Source: Nitrososphaeraceae archaeon
GTDB lineage: Archaea > Thermoproteota > Nitrososphaeria > Nitrososphaerales > Nitrososphaeraceae
Direction: 5' to 3'
Assembly (NCBI GenBank): GCA_035250975.1
Contig: DATFEP010000076.1
Span: 15,602-79,601 of the forward strand
Length of the DNA: 64,000 bases
Shown here: positions 1 through 9,732 of the stretch, in pieces
Position numbering within the stretch: position 1 is the stretch's first letter
Layout of the letters: each line of letters begins with the position of its first letter
Translations under genes and position numbers: made by a program
Notes under the pieces: generated by a model
What the model saw: only the letters and a program-made list of their open reading frames with translations
What the model was told of the DNA's origin: nothing
Databases searched by the model: none

Positions 1-3
1 AAC

Positions 4-528
4 TTGAACAGTCTATTATTAATGTTTCATGAAAATGATAAACCCATAAGAAATGCTATGAAAGATATAACTGTTAATGTACTATTTGGAGGAGTTACAA
101 AAGAGGTTAATTTCCTACCTTCAGAGGAATCTCCAGGGACATATTTATCAGAAATAATTCCTACACAATTAGGCACTTTTGAACTATCTTTAGAAGGAAA
201 ATTAAAGGATCAGAATATTAAAACTCAAATTAAGATAGAGGATGTAGAAGATACAGGAAAATTGTCTTTCCCACCAGTAGAAAATGCTGATATATCTCAA
301 AATATAGGCAGTCAAATTAAGCCTATAATTACCGATATAAACAGACAGGTAGAAGCAAATAAGAATTCTAATAATGAGACTAGTCATTTAATTGGAGAAT
401 TGACAAATACAGTTAATGAAATGAAGATTGATTTGAATAAAATAGGATTGTTCTCCTTTGTTGGGGTTGCGATCGGATCGGCTGCTATTATATTATCATC
501 TTGGAAAAAATTCAAAAGAAATAATTGA
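4..528 (+). CDS. C-terminal part of a membrane-anchored exported protein (gene begins before the window)
   Basis: Frame is open from the window edge. Beta-rich segment (SEESPGTYLSEIIPTQLGTFELSLEG), coiled coil, then a C-terminal TM helix and basic tail (FSFVGVAIGSAAIILSSWKKFKR). Confidence 0.65.
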   Translation: MNSLLLMFHENDKPIRNAMKDITVNVLFGGVTKEVNFLPSEESPGTYLSEIIPTQLGTFELSLEGKLKDQNIKTQIKIEDVEDTGKLSFPPVENADISQNIGSQIKPIITDINRQVEANKNSNNETSHLIGELTNTVNEMKIDLNKIGLFSFVGVAIGSAAIILSSWKKFKRNN

Positions 529-1126
529 TAATTTTTGAATCCATTCACTCTTATTTCTAAATGTTTCATCTACCTATAACAAAGAATCTCCATAAATCTT
601 TCGTTTCCTCTCTTTATTTTATTGGTATGAATAAACTGGAATGCCTTGAAATACCTGTAAATTGTACTTGTTTACAACCATAAATTCTTTTATCCAGATA
701 TGATACAAATTACTTGTAAATTTACAGTTATTTACATGAATGGTACCGTTTACACAGTACTTTTATGAACGAGTAACACATTTATATATGAGACCATGCC
801 ACTCAAGCTCGCAATATTCTGCATATTCGTGGTTAAAAATAATAAAACATATTTTACGTTATTACAGATAATGTAAAGGAATCGTTGTCACGCTGGCACA
901 TCAAACTGTCTGAATAGTTTGGGTCTTTAAGGGATACATGTAATCATTGTTGGATGATCCGTGAAAAATGTTGCTCTAACTTTCACGGGGTTTATTGCTT
1001 ATTCCTAGATTTTCTTTCTGATATTTGTCAGTATAATAGCTATTGCTATCTAAAACGTGTTACTTGATAATAAAATAAAGTTAGTATATTTATGCTAATA
1101 GCTATAATTTTATGAAAATTAAGTTA

Positions 1127-1747
1127 CTACATTTTATACAATTTATTAATTTTCATAGAGTCAAGTATTTTTTCTGCTATGGGTAAATAAGGAATATATG
1201 AATTTGCATCAAAATTATACCTATATATTAATACAAGATCATTTGTCTTATCGATTGCGTACAAGTTTAACATGCCTGTAGTATTTCCCAGAGAATGTGA
1301 ATGTCTAGACAAAATTCCTGATGCTTGATGTCCGTCTATCAAATATTTGTCAGAATGCTTTTCAACGAGTTGAAAAGTTGGATCGTTCTTTTGCATTTCA
1401 ACCTCCAAGTGATCTATCAAGGTGTTAGCATAAGAAGAATAAGACTTGAATAATGGAAAACCATACTTGCCATTAATATCATCAAGTGGTATAACGTTAA
1501 ACGATATTCGTACATTTGCAGAAATATCTAGATGCGATATTAAAACTTTCTTATAGAAAGGAGGGTTTTCATTTTCTATCTTTTCAATTTTCCAGTCAGA
1601 TTCATTCGGAAATTCTAAAGTAAATAGACCTTCAGGATCATTATAATCTAGCCATTTGATATTTTCAGGAACTATAAAATGAATGGGGACTAAAGGAGAC
1701 AAAAAAAGTAATGGGAAAAATAAAGGTACTAACTGTGTTTTTACCAT
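1127..1747 (-). CDS. Secreted PsbP-like domain protein
   Basis: N-terminal hydrophobic signal. The Y-x-D-x3-F-T-L-E-F-P-x3-W and 'IDGHQA...YLPIAEKILDSMKI' patterns are typical of PsbP/Mog1-like domains. Confidence 0.6.
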   Translation of the reverse strand: MVKTQLVPLFFPLLFLSPLVPIHFIVPENIKWLDYNDPEGLFTLEFPNESDWKIEKIENENPPFYKKVLISHLDISANVRISFNVIPLDDINGKYGFPLFKSYSSYANTLIDHLEVEMQKNDPTFQLVEKHSDKYLIDGHQASGILSRHSHSLGNTTGMLNLYAIDKTNDLVLIYRYNFDANSYIPYLPIAEKILDSMKINKLYKM

Positions 1748-1906
1748 TTAAAATATTATTATTTCTTTTTCAATTTATCTGTATTTTTAAATAATATTGG
1801 TCCTGATAGATATTGGTATTGAGGCTACACTGTAGATTAAAAATAAAATATTCATTGCTAAAATGTATTTATTTAAATTTATACACTTGAAGATTAATCT
1901 ATTAAA

Positions 1907-1925
1907 GTACATTCATCGAATGTAC
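1907..1925. promoter_or_regulatory. Palindromic operator copy 1 (GTACATTC-ATC-GAATGTAC)
   Basis: Perfect 8-bp inverted repeat with a 3-nt spacer, followed 7 nt later by TATA-like TTATTAA. Recurs at 4968 and 13105. Confidence 0.6.
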
Positions 1926-1996
1926 CACAAGATTATTAACACTTATCCCTGTCTATTAATTGAATACCTTTAACAAGGTTTCGAGTAGTTTCAATT

Positions 1997-2020
1997 CAGG
2001 TGACCGGTTTTGGTCACCTG
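1997..2020 (+). terminator. GC-rich hairpin; possible 3' end of a small RNA
   Basis: caggtgacc-ggtttt-ggtcacctg, a perfect 9-bp stem followed by a pyrimidine tract, in AT-rich intergenic DNA. Confidence 0.45.
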
Positions 2021-2696
2021 TCTCTTCATATTGTTTGTTAAAACGCACATATCGAGATAAACTTGAATTGGAGTTTATCTGAAATCCTATTCTTATTTGT
2101 TGGCTATATAGACTAATAAACAATTCATCCAATTATACAAATGAGAAAGACCATATTTGCAGTTCTTTTTCTTGGCAGGAAAACTATCATCAAAACAACA
2201 TTTTGGATAAGATTCTTTAAGAAAGGTAATATATTGTGTCTTTTGGATTCAGAAGGTATACGATTGGCGCAACGATACGAATTCAACATTGTAAATAAAT
2301 GTCTTCAATATTTGGAATCCAGTTCAAATAAGATTCTCTCCTACAGGCATATTTCTTTTTAAATATTTATGCCAAGAATGGGTTTGTGAGCTAGGTCTAC
2401 AGAAATCGATAACCAAAAAGATGATCTAGAATCTGAACCCCACCTGCATGGTTAATTAACAGAATGGATCTGAGATTTTCTGCAGTTTTCCTATTTGTCA
2501 TCCATTTGTTTTCGTTTTTTTGAGAGAATGTATATATAAAATGTTTCTTCAAAAAAATCTTATAATTATATATAGAGTCAATACCGAAAAAAAGGTTGAT
2601 TACTAAAAAACTTAAAAACCCGTGCAGTAGAAAATGACAATCATCGATAAAACTGTTTGGTTAACTCTAGATAGAAAATAATAAATTCATGAAGAA

Positions 2697-3236
2697 TCAA
2701 AATTCTTCCATCATCTCAACATAATCTTCTACAATGTCGGAATTGAGACTGTTATTATATTTTTGTAAAGTATCTAGTAGACAAGATTTATCAATGGAGA
2801 GTTCATAAATATTGTAATCTTTTTGTCTTCGTATCCTTATAATATTAGATTCTTTTAGTCGCATCAAATGCCACGAAACGGTTGAGGGCACCTTATTGAT
2901 ATAATCTACTATTTCATTGAAGCTGCACTGATCATGATCCGAGATAAACATCAGAACACTTCTTGTACTCTTCGGTCTCAATACAGCTAAAATTTTGGAT
3001 TCCTCATCGGATATGTCACTAGAATAATATCTAGTTACTCTATTGTTAATTCTGTCAATTTTAACTTTGCCGGAATGATCCAATTTATTTAAATGATAAG
3101 TTAGAACACCGTTAGAAAGTCCGGTTAGTCTCATTAATTCCCTATATCTGACGCCAGGAAATTTAATAATAAAATGAATTATCTTTTTTTGAACTGAATT
3201 TTTTTCTTTCTTTATTAGAGTAGATTTTATAATCAT
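2697..3236 (-). CDS. Double winged-helix (ArsR-like) transcriptional regulator
   Basis: Two wHTH units: 'PGVRYRELMRLTGLSNGVLTYHLNKL' and 'SFNEIVDYINKVPSTVSWHLMRL'. Overlaps the upstream membrane gene by 4 bp. Confidence 0.85.
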   Translation of the reverse strand: MIIKSTLIKKEKNSVQKKIIHFIIKFPGVRYRELMRLTGLSNGVLTYHLNKLDHSGKVKIDRINNRVTRYYSSDISDEESKILAVLRPKSTRSVLMFISDHDQCSFNEIVDYINKVPSTVSWHLMRLKESNIIRIRRQKDYNIYELSIDKSCLLDTLQKYNNSLNSDIVEDYVEMMEEF

Positions 3237-3646
3237 TTATTAGCACCTTTCATAAAACTTACCCCAAAAAAGATGACCATAATCAAGAGGATAACGTGAG
3301 AAAGCTCTATATTAACAGTTGGTATAAACATTCCATAAATATTTTCAGTGGAACCCAGTAGGTACAAATATTCAACCGCTACTAGAGTTACAAAACCCAT
3401 AGTCATAAATAAGATCTTGACACTTTTGGTTCTAGCATAAGCAAGGATAGAAACCAATGCAAGAAATTGTGATATTATCAATGATGCCAAGTGCATGATA
3501 ATGTGGTAGATCATATCTGTGTGGTAAATGTGTGGTAAGATAACTGGAACAGTTAAAATTGACAATACAACACTTGCGATCAATGCAAGTAGTTTAGGTT
3601 TATTATAAAATGTATCTGGATCATTAAAATTCCTTAGCAATACCAT
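3233..3646 (-). CDS. 4-TM membrane protein with His-rich loop; likely partner of the wHTH regulator
   Basis: Four hydrophobic helices and 'HIYHTDMIYHIIMH'. Overlaps the regulator gene by 4 bp. Confidence 0.7.
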   Translation of the reverse strand: MVLLRNFNDPDTFYNKPKLLALIASVVLSILTVPVILPHIYHTDMIYHIIMHLASLIISQFLALVSILAYARTKSVKILFMTMGFVTLVAVEYLYLLGSTENIYGMFIPTVNIELSHVILLIMVIFFGVSFMKGANK

Positions 3647-3815
3647 AAGTCATCATAAAGAATTTAAATATATTATGGTACAACCTTGAAAAGAGTAAAT
3701 TATGCTTCGCTAATAAAAATGCAAGATCTCAGTATAACAAAGGGTAAATTTAACGAGATTAATCTTCGAATGTTGTACTATAAAGTTTAAAAGCATTAAT
3801 AATCAAGAAAATTTA

Positions 3816-4406
3816 ATGGCAAAATATTTCACAAATAATATTTTAGTAATTGTGGCAATAACAATTGCAGCAGGACTTTTTAATTTCGTACCTATCTTTG
3901 CACAAGGAGGCAATCAGACCATGACCAACACAACAACTACAGAAGAACACAGTGAAGAGTACACTGAAGGAATTTCAGTCCGGGATTCTGCTACTCTGTT
4001 GCTGCAGGATATGATAATACCTGCTCAAGATTTTATCCATCTCTATGACAGTACACCTGATATGATATTAAAAGGTCATGTTGCAGTAAAAATACCATGT
4101 GGGGACGACTCTGTTTCTCCGATTCAGGTCCTTATAGGTTCTGCTCCACAACTTGCTCCAGCTGAATTAGAAAACCTAGCAAATCTATCTAAACCTGGAG
4201 ATTTGTGCCTATATCATGTTGATTTGATGCCTAGTGGAAATGTTTCTAAAATAACAGATATCGCATTAATGAATCCAACCGAAGACGACATAGAATTTCC
4301 AGTTACATCAACTGTTGTAATAGGCATTAATGAAATAGCCAAGGGAGAACATGAATCTCATGAAGCTGCAGAAGCAGGACATAGTGAACCTGTAGAAGGC
4401 ACATAA
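3816..4406 (+). CDS. Secreted His/Cys-containing protein, putative metal binding
   Basis: Signal peptide (IFA|Q). Motifs DFIHLYD, GHVAVKIPC and CLYHVDL. His/Glu-rich tail HESHEAAEAGH. Confidence 0.7.
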   Translation: MAKYFTNNILVIVAITIAAGLFNFVPIFAQGGNQTMTNTTTTEEHSEEYTEGISVRDSATLLLQDMIIPAQDFIHLYDSTPDMILKGHVAVKIPCGDDSVSPIQVLIGSAPQLAPAELENLANLSKPGDLCLYHVDLMPSGNVSKITDIALMNPTEDDIEFPVTSTVVIGINEIAKGEHESHEAAEAGHSEPVEGT

Positions 4407-4432
4407 TACAATAAAATCTAAGTTAAATACAT

Positions 4433-4456
4433 TTATTTTCTTTTTTTGATCTTTTT
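4433..4456 (+). terminator. Oligo-T archaeal terminator
   Basis: ttattttctttttttgatcttttt about 30 nt after the stop codon. Confidence 0.5.
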
Positions 4457-4854
4457 GAATTTGAAAAGTAAACTAATATCTATATAAGCCCAATAATTAT
4501 ACGAGACAAAAAAAACATACAAATTAGTAACAATAGAACAATTAATTTCTATATATTCATTTGATTTGATTTGCTTTTTGCATCTCCGACATTAAAGCTG
4601 TAGTATAAATTTACTTGTTTAAGGAAGCTCATAAGCTTGGAAGTTGTGCAGTTAGAAAATTTACTGAGAATGTAAATGTCGTTAAATAGCTGCGCACATA
4701 AATCCAATTAAAGTATTCCTTTTTCCTATTTTTAGTATTACTATATAAAAGATTGTATTTAAGACTTTAATAATATGTATTGAAATAGAGTACAATTTAT
4801 TATGACATTTTGTTAATGATACAAAATACTGGTAGCAAATATAAATGTAAGTTG

Positions 4855-4886
4855 CATTGTCGGGCTGTGACAATAACCCGACAATG
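4855..4886 (-). terminator. GC-rich hairpin; possible 3' end of a small RNA
   Basis: cattgtcggg-N12-cccgacaatg, a perfect 10-bp inverted repeat. Confidence 0.45.
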
Positions 4887-4967
4887 GTTAGATGTTATCT
4901 GGCTGGGATGTCAAGCTTTCCTTTTGTCGTAAATATATTCTTGAAAGTTTAAGATATAAATATTGAC

Positions 4968-4986
4968 GTACATACATCGAATGTAC
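4968..4986. promoter_or_regulatory. Palindromic operator copy 2 (GTACATAC-ATC-GAATGTAC)
   Basis: 18/19 identical to copy 1. TATA-like boxes on both sides: TTATTAA on +, TTTATAT on -. Confidence 0.6.
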
Positions 4987-5206
4987 TATTTAGATTATTA
5001 AATTTGATATATGAATGGCATAAAAATTATCATTATATTCTTACGTTACTAGGTCTTTCAAACTTTCATCGTAATAAGTTATCGGAATGGAATAATAATA
5101 ATTGAATAATAATTCTTCATTAGACGATCCATTTTCAAGTTCCTATGGTTTTTAAATGATATGATAGATTATGGTATTTAATAAATTTTAATAGTCATTA
5201 TGATCT

Positions 5207-6148
5207 ATGATTTCACGTATGTACCATAACTTTCTTAAGCCCCATATTCAAATTCTTTTCATGCATAGCGTGGGATTCAAGATAATTAATTCGATATGTC
5301 TATCGTTAGCCATGATCCTTGTTTTGTTTTATAGCAATGCTTATGCACATACGTTTTCAAGCGACGAAAGTGCTTCATTTCTAATAACGATAGATGAAAT
5401 TAAAGCCCAGGGAGACTTAATTCAGATGGCTATAAACAGCAAAGATACAGAATCCATTATATCCCACATGAACAAATTAAAAGACCTTTACAGTGAAGAT
5501 ATAAACAAAGAGATATCGGAAAAGAGTAAGAGAATTTCTACTGAAATCTATTCGATCGTAAATTCAATTAATTCCACAAATTATGATGAGCCAAATATAA
5601 AGTCTAAAATGCTAGGCCTGAACGATGTGTTAGATGAATCAATATCAATAAGGCTATCACCCGGTGCTGAAAATAATTCTACTGTTCAAGCACTAAGATT
5701 TGCTGGACTCGTTAATTCTATAGATAAATATTATGTAAAGACATTTCATAAAGAACCAATGAATATGTCACAGATGAACAAAATGAAGAAAAATCATGGC
5801 TCGATTATGCCTATGAATCCAAAGGACAATCAATCTTTAATCACTGATTCAACTGCATACAATACTGCAAAAAAATTATTGATTACATTGAAATCTGTTT
5901 TTGACTCAAAATTAAAACAGGCTGATTTAAAAACTGGAGATAACAGCTTAGACATAATAAATAAGGGACTTGAAAATCTCACATCTACAATAAATGATAA
6001 AAAACCTTATGAAGAAGCTATGAAAATAATTCATGGTATAATTCAACCCACATTACAGGAAAAATTTAACCTCAAATTGGACCAAGCTTTATCAGCTAAA
6101 CCTAGTAATAATACAAAAGAACATTTGCCTAATATGACAGTGCATTAG
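5207..6148 (+). CDS. Secreted helical protein with predicted mature N-terminal His and Met-rich insert (start probably near 5261 or later)
   Basis: Signal peptide ending AYA|HTFS. Met-rich PMNMSQMNKMKKNHGSIMPMNP. C-terminal MKIIHGIIQP. Paralog of 6152..6952. Confidence 0.75.
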   Translation: MISRMYHNFLKPHIQILFMHSVGFKIINSICLSLAMILVLFYSNAYAHTFSSDESASFLITIDEIKAQGDLIQMAINSKDTESIISHMNKLKDLYSEDINKEISEKSKRISTEIYSIVNSINSTNYDEPNIKSKMLGLNDVLDESISIRLSPGAENNSTVQALRFAGLVNSIDKYYVKTFHKEPMNMSQMNKMKKNHGSIMPMNPKDNQSLITDSTAYNTAKKLLITLKSVFDSKLKQADLKTGDNSLDIINKGLENLTSTINDKKPYEEAMKIIHGIIQPTLQEKFNLKLDQALSAKPSNNTKEHLPNMTVH

Positions 6149-6151
6149 AAA

Positions 6152-6952
6152 TTGCATAAAGCCTTCCTACCTTCATTTCTCTTTTTTGTACTCTTTATCA
6201 ATTTTCAAATTGATCGCTCTTATGCACATAGTTTTACCATGGATGACTCTATTTATTTTATTTCCCTAGTAAAACAGACGGAATTGGAATTAAAATTTGC
6301 AACGAAATATTTTCCATCCAATGTTACGTTATCATTAGACCATCTTGATGAACTCATTCCTAAACTTACCGACCTGTATTACTTTAATGATGCATTCGTA
6401 GATGACCAAGATTTTATAGATAGATACAATAAGGATGTATATTCCACAAACACTACTACTCATGCTTTAGTGGTAAGTACACTAGTTGATATTTTATTAA
6501 ATAAGTATGCTGCATCTATTAACCTGAATTTTGACCTTACAAATATGTCTAATTTACTAGTATTTGTTAACTCAACTGAATTAAAGGATACTGTCAAAGG
6601 CAATATTTATGAGACTGGTTATAAACCCTCAGATACAAAAATCAACATAAGTGAACGTGATTACAAATTACTGTTTTCAAAGAATAATGTGATTATCGAT
6701 CATTCAGATTATCTTGTTGCAAGGGAGTTATCAAAAGAGGTAAATACAATATTTTATCTTTATCTTAAATCCTTTGAGGGATTAAATAAGGAAAATATTA
6801 ACAATGTTCTAAGGCTGGAAAATAATTTACAAACTTTAAATGTTATGGTTGAAAACAAAGAATCGCCTTCTGAAATCATGAAACTCGTACACCTGGAAAT
6901 TCATCCTACAATGCAAAAAATTTATTCGTTAAAAATAAATCAAACAAAATAA
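6152..6952 (+). CDS. Secreted helical protein with predicted mature N-terminal His (paralog of upstream gene)
   Basis: SYA|HSFT, NTTTHALVV and MKLVHLEIHPTMQ align with the upstream protein. 3-bp intergenic gap. Confidence 0.75.
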   Translation: MHKAFLPSFLFFVLFINFQIDRSYAHSFTMDDSIYFISLVKQTELELKFATKYFPSNVTLSLDHLDELIPKLTDLYYFNDAFVDDQDFIDRYNKDVYSTNTTTHALVVSTLVDILLNKYAASINLNFDLTNMSNLLVFVNSTELKDTVKGNIYETGYKPSDTKINISERDYKLLFSKNNVIIDHSDYLVARELSKEVNTIFYLYLKSFEGLNKENINNVLRLENNLQTLNVMVENKESPSEIMKLVHLEIHPTMQKIYSLKINQTK

Positions 6953-7084
6953 TTTTTTGCTATTTTATCACTTTATCATTTTTATTTGTGTAATATGAAA
7001 AAGGCACTAAATAAGATTCAGCTTTTTACTAATATAAAATATTGAACTATAAAATAAAATGAATAATAAATATAGTGAATATTC

Positions 7085-7684
7085 TTATATTATTTCTCTT
7101 GATTTTGTATCTTTTCTATTATATGTCAATAGAAAACCTAATCCTCCTAGTATTATCCCTAAAAGTAATATCATAATTGCAAAAGATATGGGTTCAATGA
7201 AAGGAGCCAATATTTCGTGTGCTTGTGCAGCATTAAATCCTTTTCCTCCAACATTTTGTGGAAGCATTGCTGCTCCGCCTATATATCCAGCATACATTAA
7301 CATACCCATGGCCGATGTTGTTCCAAGATTCATAAGCAACAGATGTGTCCAAGCTAGTAGTTTAGTTAGGCGTTTGTTATAGGGCTTTGCTAATATCTTT
7401 TCAAGATAATAGTAGAATAGAGCAGAGACAGCAACCCCTATTACCCCAACAACCACATACATAATATAACCAAAAGTAAACCAAGTTCCCGCACCCCCAG
7501 CTGCAATTACTCTTGAAATTTCTGGTTTTAGATAGGATATTTGACTAAAAACAAGAAAAATTGTTAAACCAACGATGATTGCTCCTTGAATAATGGCAGC
7601 ATAGATAAATCGATTCGTCCATATTATAGATAAATTGCTATTAGCACAATTGTTGTTATTTTCGCTTTCTCTATTTGAATTCAT
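7085..7684 (-). CDS. 4-TM membrane protein resembling the C-terminal helices of cytochrome c oxidase subunit I
   Basis: TWFTFGYIMYVVVG...FYYYLEKILAKPYNKR...LAWTHLLLMNLG parallels CoxI helices X-XI, but lacks the H-F-H heme ligands. Confidence 0.6.
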   Translation of the reverse strand: MNSNRESENNNNCANSNLSIIWTNRFIYAAIIQGAIIVGLTIFLVFSQISYLKPEISRVIAAGGAGTWFTFGYIMYVVVGVIGVAVSALFYYYLEKILAKPYNKRLTKLLAWTHLLLMNLGTTSAMGMLMYAGYIGGAAMLPQNVGGKGFNAAQAHEILAPFIEPISFAIMILLLGIILGGLGFLLTYNRKDTKSREII

Positions 7685-8050
7685 TTTTTTTGCTCTTTAT
7701 TATGTATACTAACCTATAAGATAGAAATAGATTATGGTTATAATATTTATTCTCTGATTACGGTATAATGTACATTTTAATTAAATATATAATTTTTGAT
7801 AAATCTTTATAGTAAATTAGAGGTTTCCCATTGAATATTCTATAATATAATTTTAAATTATAATTATGATAACCTTTTTACATTATACCCATTCTTAACG
7901 ATACTTGACACATTCATTTCACAGATTCTCGAAATGGCATTGTGAACAGGTAATGAAATCAATAAAAAATAAAAATGCTTATGGGTCATATAATAAGAAT
8001 TTGCAATTCTTATTATAAAACATCCGAAATATAAAATATTGATTCTTTTT

Positions 8051-8258
8051 AAAAGGCAATTAATGTCTTAAGCATATTAAAATAACAATAATGAAGATAT
8101 AGAAAAAGAGATTAAAGAATTAAAGGAAAAGAATGAAGATAATGATATATTATACAATCAAAGGTTCAAGAAAGAGATGATGCGATAGTGAACCTATCAG
8201 GTCAAGTTATGAAATTGATGAATGATATAACAGAATTAAAAAATCAAAGATTTGACTT
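8051..8258 (+). pseudogene. Relic of the C-terminal tail of a tyrosine-recombinase/integrase-type gene
   Basis: Frameshifted fragments KAINVLSI / EDIEKEIKELKEKNEDND / VQERDDAIVNLSGQVMKLMNDITELK. They resemble, from memory, the coiled-coil tails of Nitrososphaeraceae integrases. No catalytic domain is present. Confidence 0.4.
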
Positions 8259-8634
8259 AAAATTTCAATAATTTATTATATGAATTGTCTATGTCTGTTT
8301 CTATTTTTTTAACTCGTTCGTAAATGTATTATATGTTATCTTCGGATAGTAGGTAAATTGTTTTTATTTTGTCTTACTTGGTAGGTTTTGGAGTGTAGTT
8401 ATTCAAGATTTTCGCATTCATACACACTAAATCTATAATGGAAGATTTCGACTTGTCTCCAATTCTGTCTCTAATTGTATTAATATACTTTTGATGGATA
8501 TTATATAATTTAGCGGATCCTCCTGGATCATCGCTTTTCCAGTTATATCGTTCAGATAAATAAAAATTTAAATGAGAATTTCATTTTGCAGAATAATCAA
8601 TATATTTAAATATAGTTGACAGATCTGCCATATT

Positions 8635-9732
8635 ATGAAAATAACAAATCTTTATTATATTGTACTATTAATTATTGTCTTATTTCCAACGTCAATGGCA
8701 TTGGCAGAAGAAAAAACTAATATCAATAATTCTTCTTTAGTACCATCATCTTCAATTTCATTAAACAGAACAAATGTTGATTTTGCTACAAATATAGAAT
8801 TTATAAAGGGGCATTTATCTGCTGCAATTTCAAATAAGCAAATGGGAAATAATGAACTTGCACAGACACATACTTTTCATCCAATACATGAAATATATAC
8901 ATTGATTAGAGATCAAATATCATCTGCAGATACTGAATTAAATAATACGTTAATTAATTCATTAAACAATCTAACATCCATAGTTTTTACATCTACATCT
9001 CCTGAATTTATTGATTCTGCGTCTTCTATCAAGAATTTATTAAATAAAGCAATGATTAACGTTATACCAGAAAATGAGATTGCTGATATTAAATTTAATA
9101 TGAGTACGTTAATCAATCTACTTAAAACTGCTGAATCAGAATATGGTATAGGAATAGAAAATGGTACAATTACAAATATAGCAGAATATCAAGATGCTCA
9201 AGGTTTCGTTTCATCTGCCAATGAACTGTTCAAACAAACAATTAACAATTTAAATGAAACAATGACTAATAAGTTTACAGAAATTAAAGATTCACTTGAT
9301 CAATTAAATACATCTATGAGTAATAAAGAAGATGCAAAACAGATTTCCACAATAGTCAATAAGGTAACAAATGCTATACCAACCGTACTAAATGTACAGG
9401 TCAAGGATCTTGCAATTCTTGTTTCAACAGAGAAAGAATCAACAGAATTAATAGATAATATTCGTAATCTATTAGATCAATCTATTGAAAAGATAAAGAA
9501 TGGTGATTATCAGAATGCTGAATCTTTAGTAATAGAAGCATATTTAGATAACTTTGAATTTTTAGAGGGCGATATAGCAAAATACGATGAATCACTTTTG
9601 AAGGAAACTGAAGTTCTATTAAGGGAGCAACTACGTAACCTCATACAAGGAAAAGCCAGTCTAGATGATATACAAAAAATGGTAGATAATATAAATACTA
9701 ATTTAAATGAGATAGAAAAATTATTACAATAA
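8635..9732 (+). CDS. Secreted helical-bundle protein, FTR1/PbrT-extracellular or EfeO-like metal-binding candidate
   Basis: Signal peptide (ALA|E). Motifs IKGHL, HTFHPIHEIY, AEYQDAQGF and EAYLDNFEFLE. Confidence 0.65.
   Translation: MKITNLYYIVLLIIVLFPTSMALAEEKTNINNSSLVPSSSISLNRTNVDFATNIEFIKGHLSAAISNKQMGNNELAQTHTFHPIHEIYTLIRDQISSADTELNNTLINSLNNLTSIVFTSTSPEFIDSASSIKNLLNKAMINVIPENEIADIKFNMSTLINLLKTAESEYGIGIENGTITNIAEYQDAQGFVSSANELFKQTINNLNETMTNKFTEIKDSLDQLNTSMSNKEDAKQISTIVNKVTNAIPTVLNVQVKDLAILVSTEKESTELIDNIRNLLDQSIEKIKNGDYQNAESLVIEAYLDNFEFLEGDIAKYDESLLKETEVLLREQLRNLIQGKASLDDIQKMVDNINTNLNEIEKLLQ

Noticed and set aside
959-988. 8-bp inverted repeat ccgtgaaa/tttcacgg in a moderately GC-rich intergenic stretch
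   Set aside because: Short stem with no convincing operator or family match. It could be a terminator, but the support is too weak.
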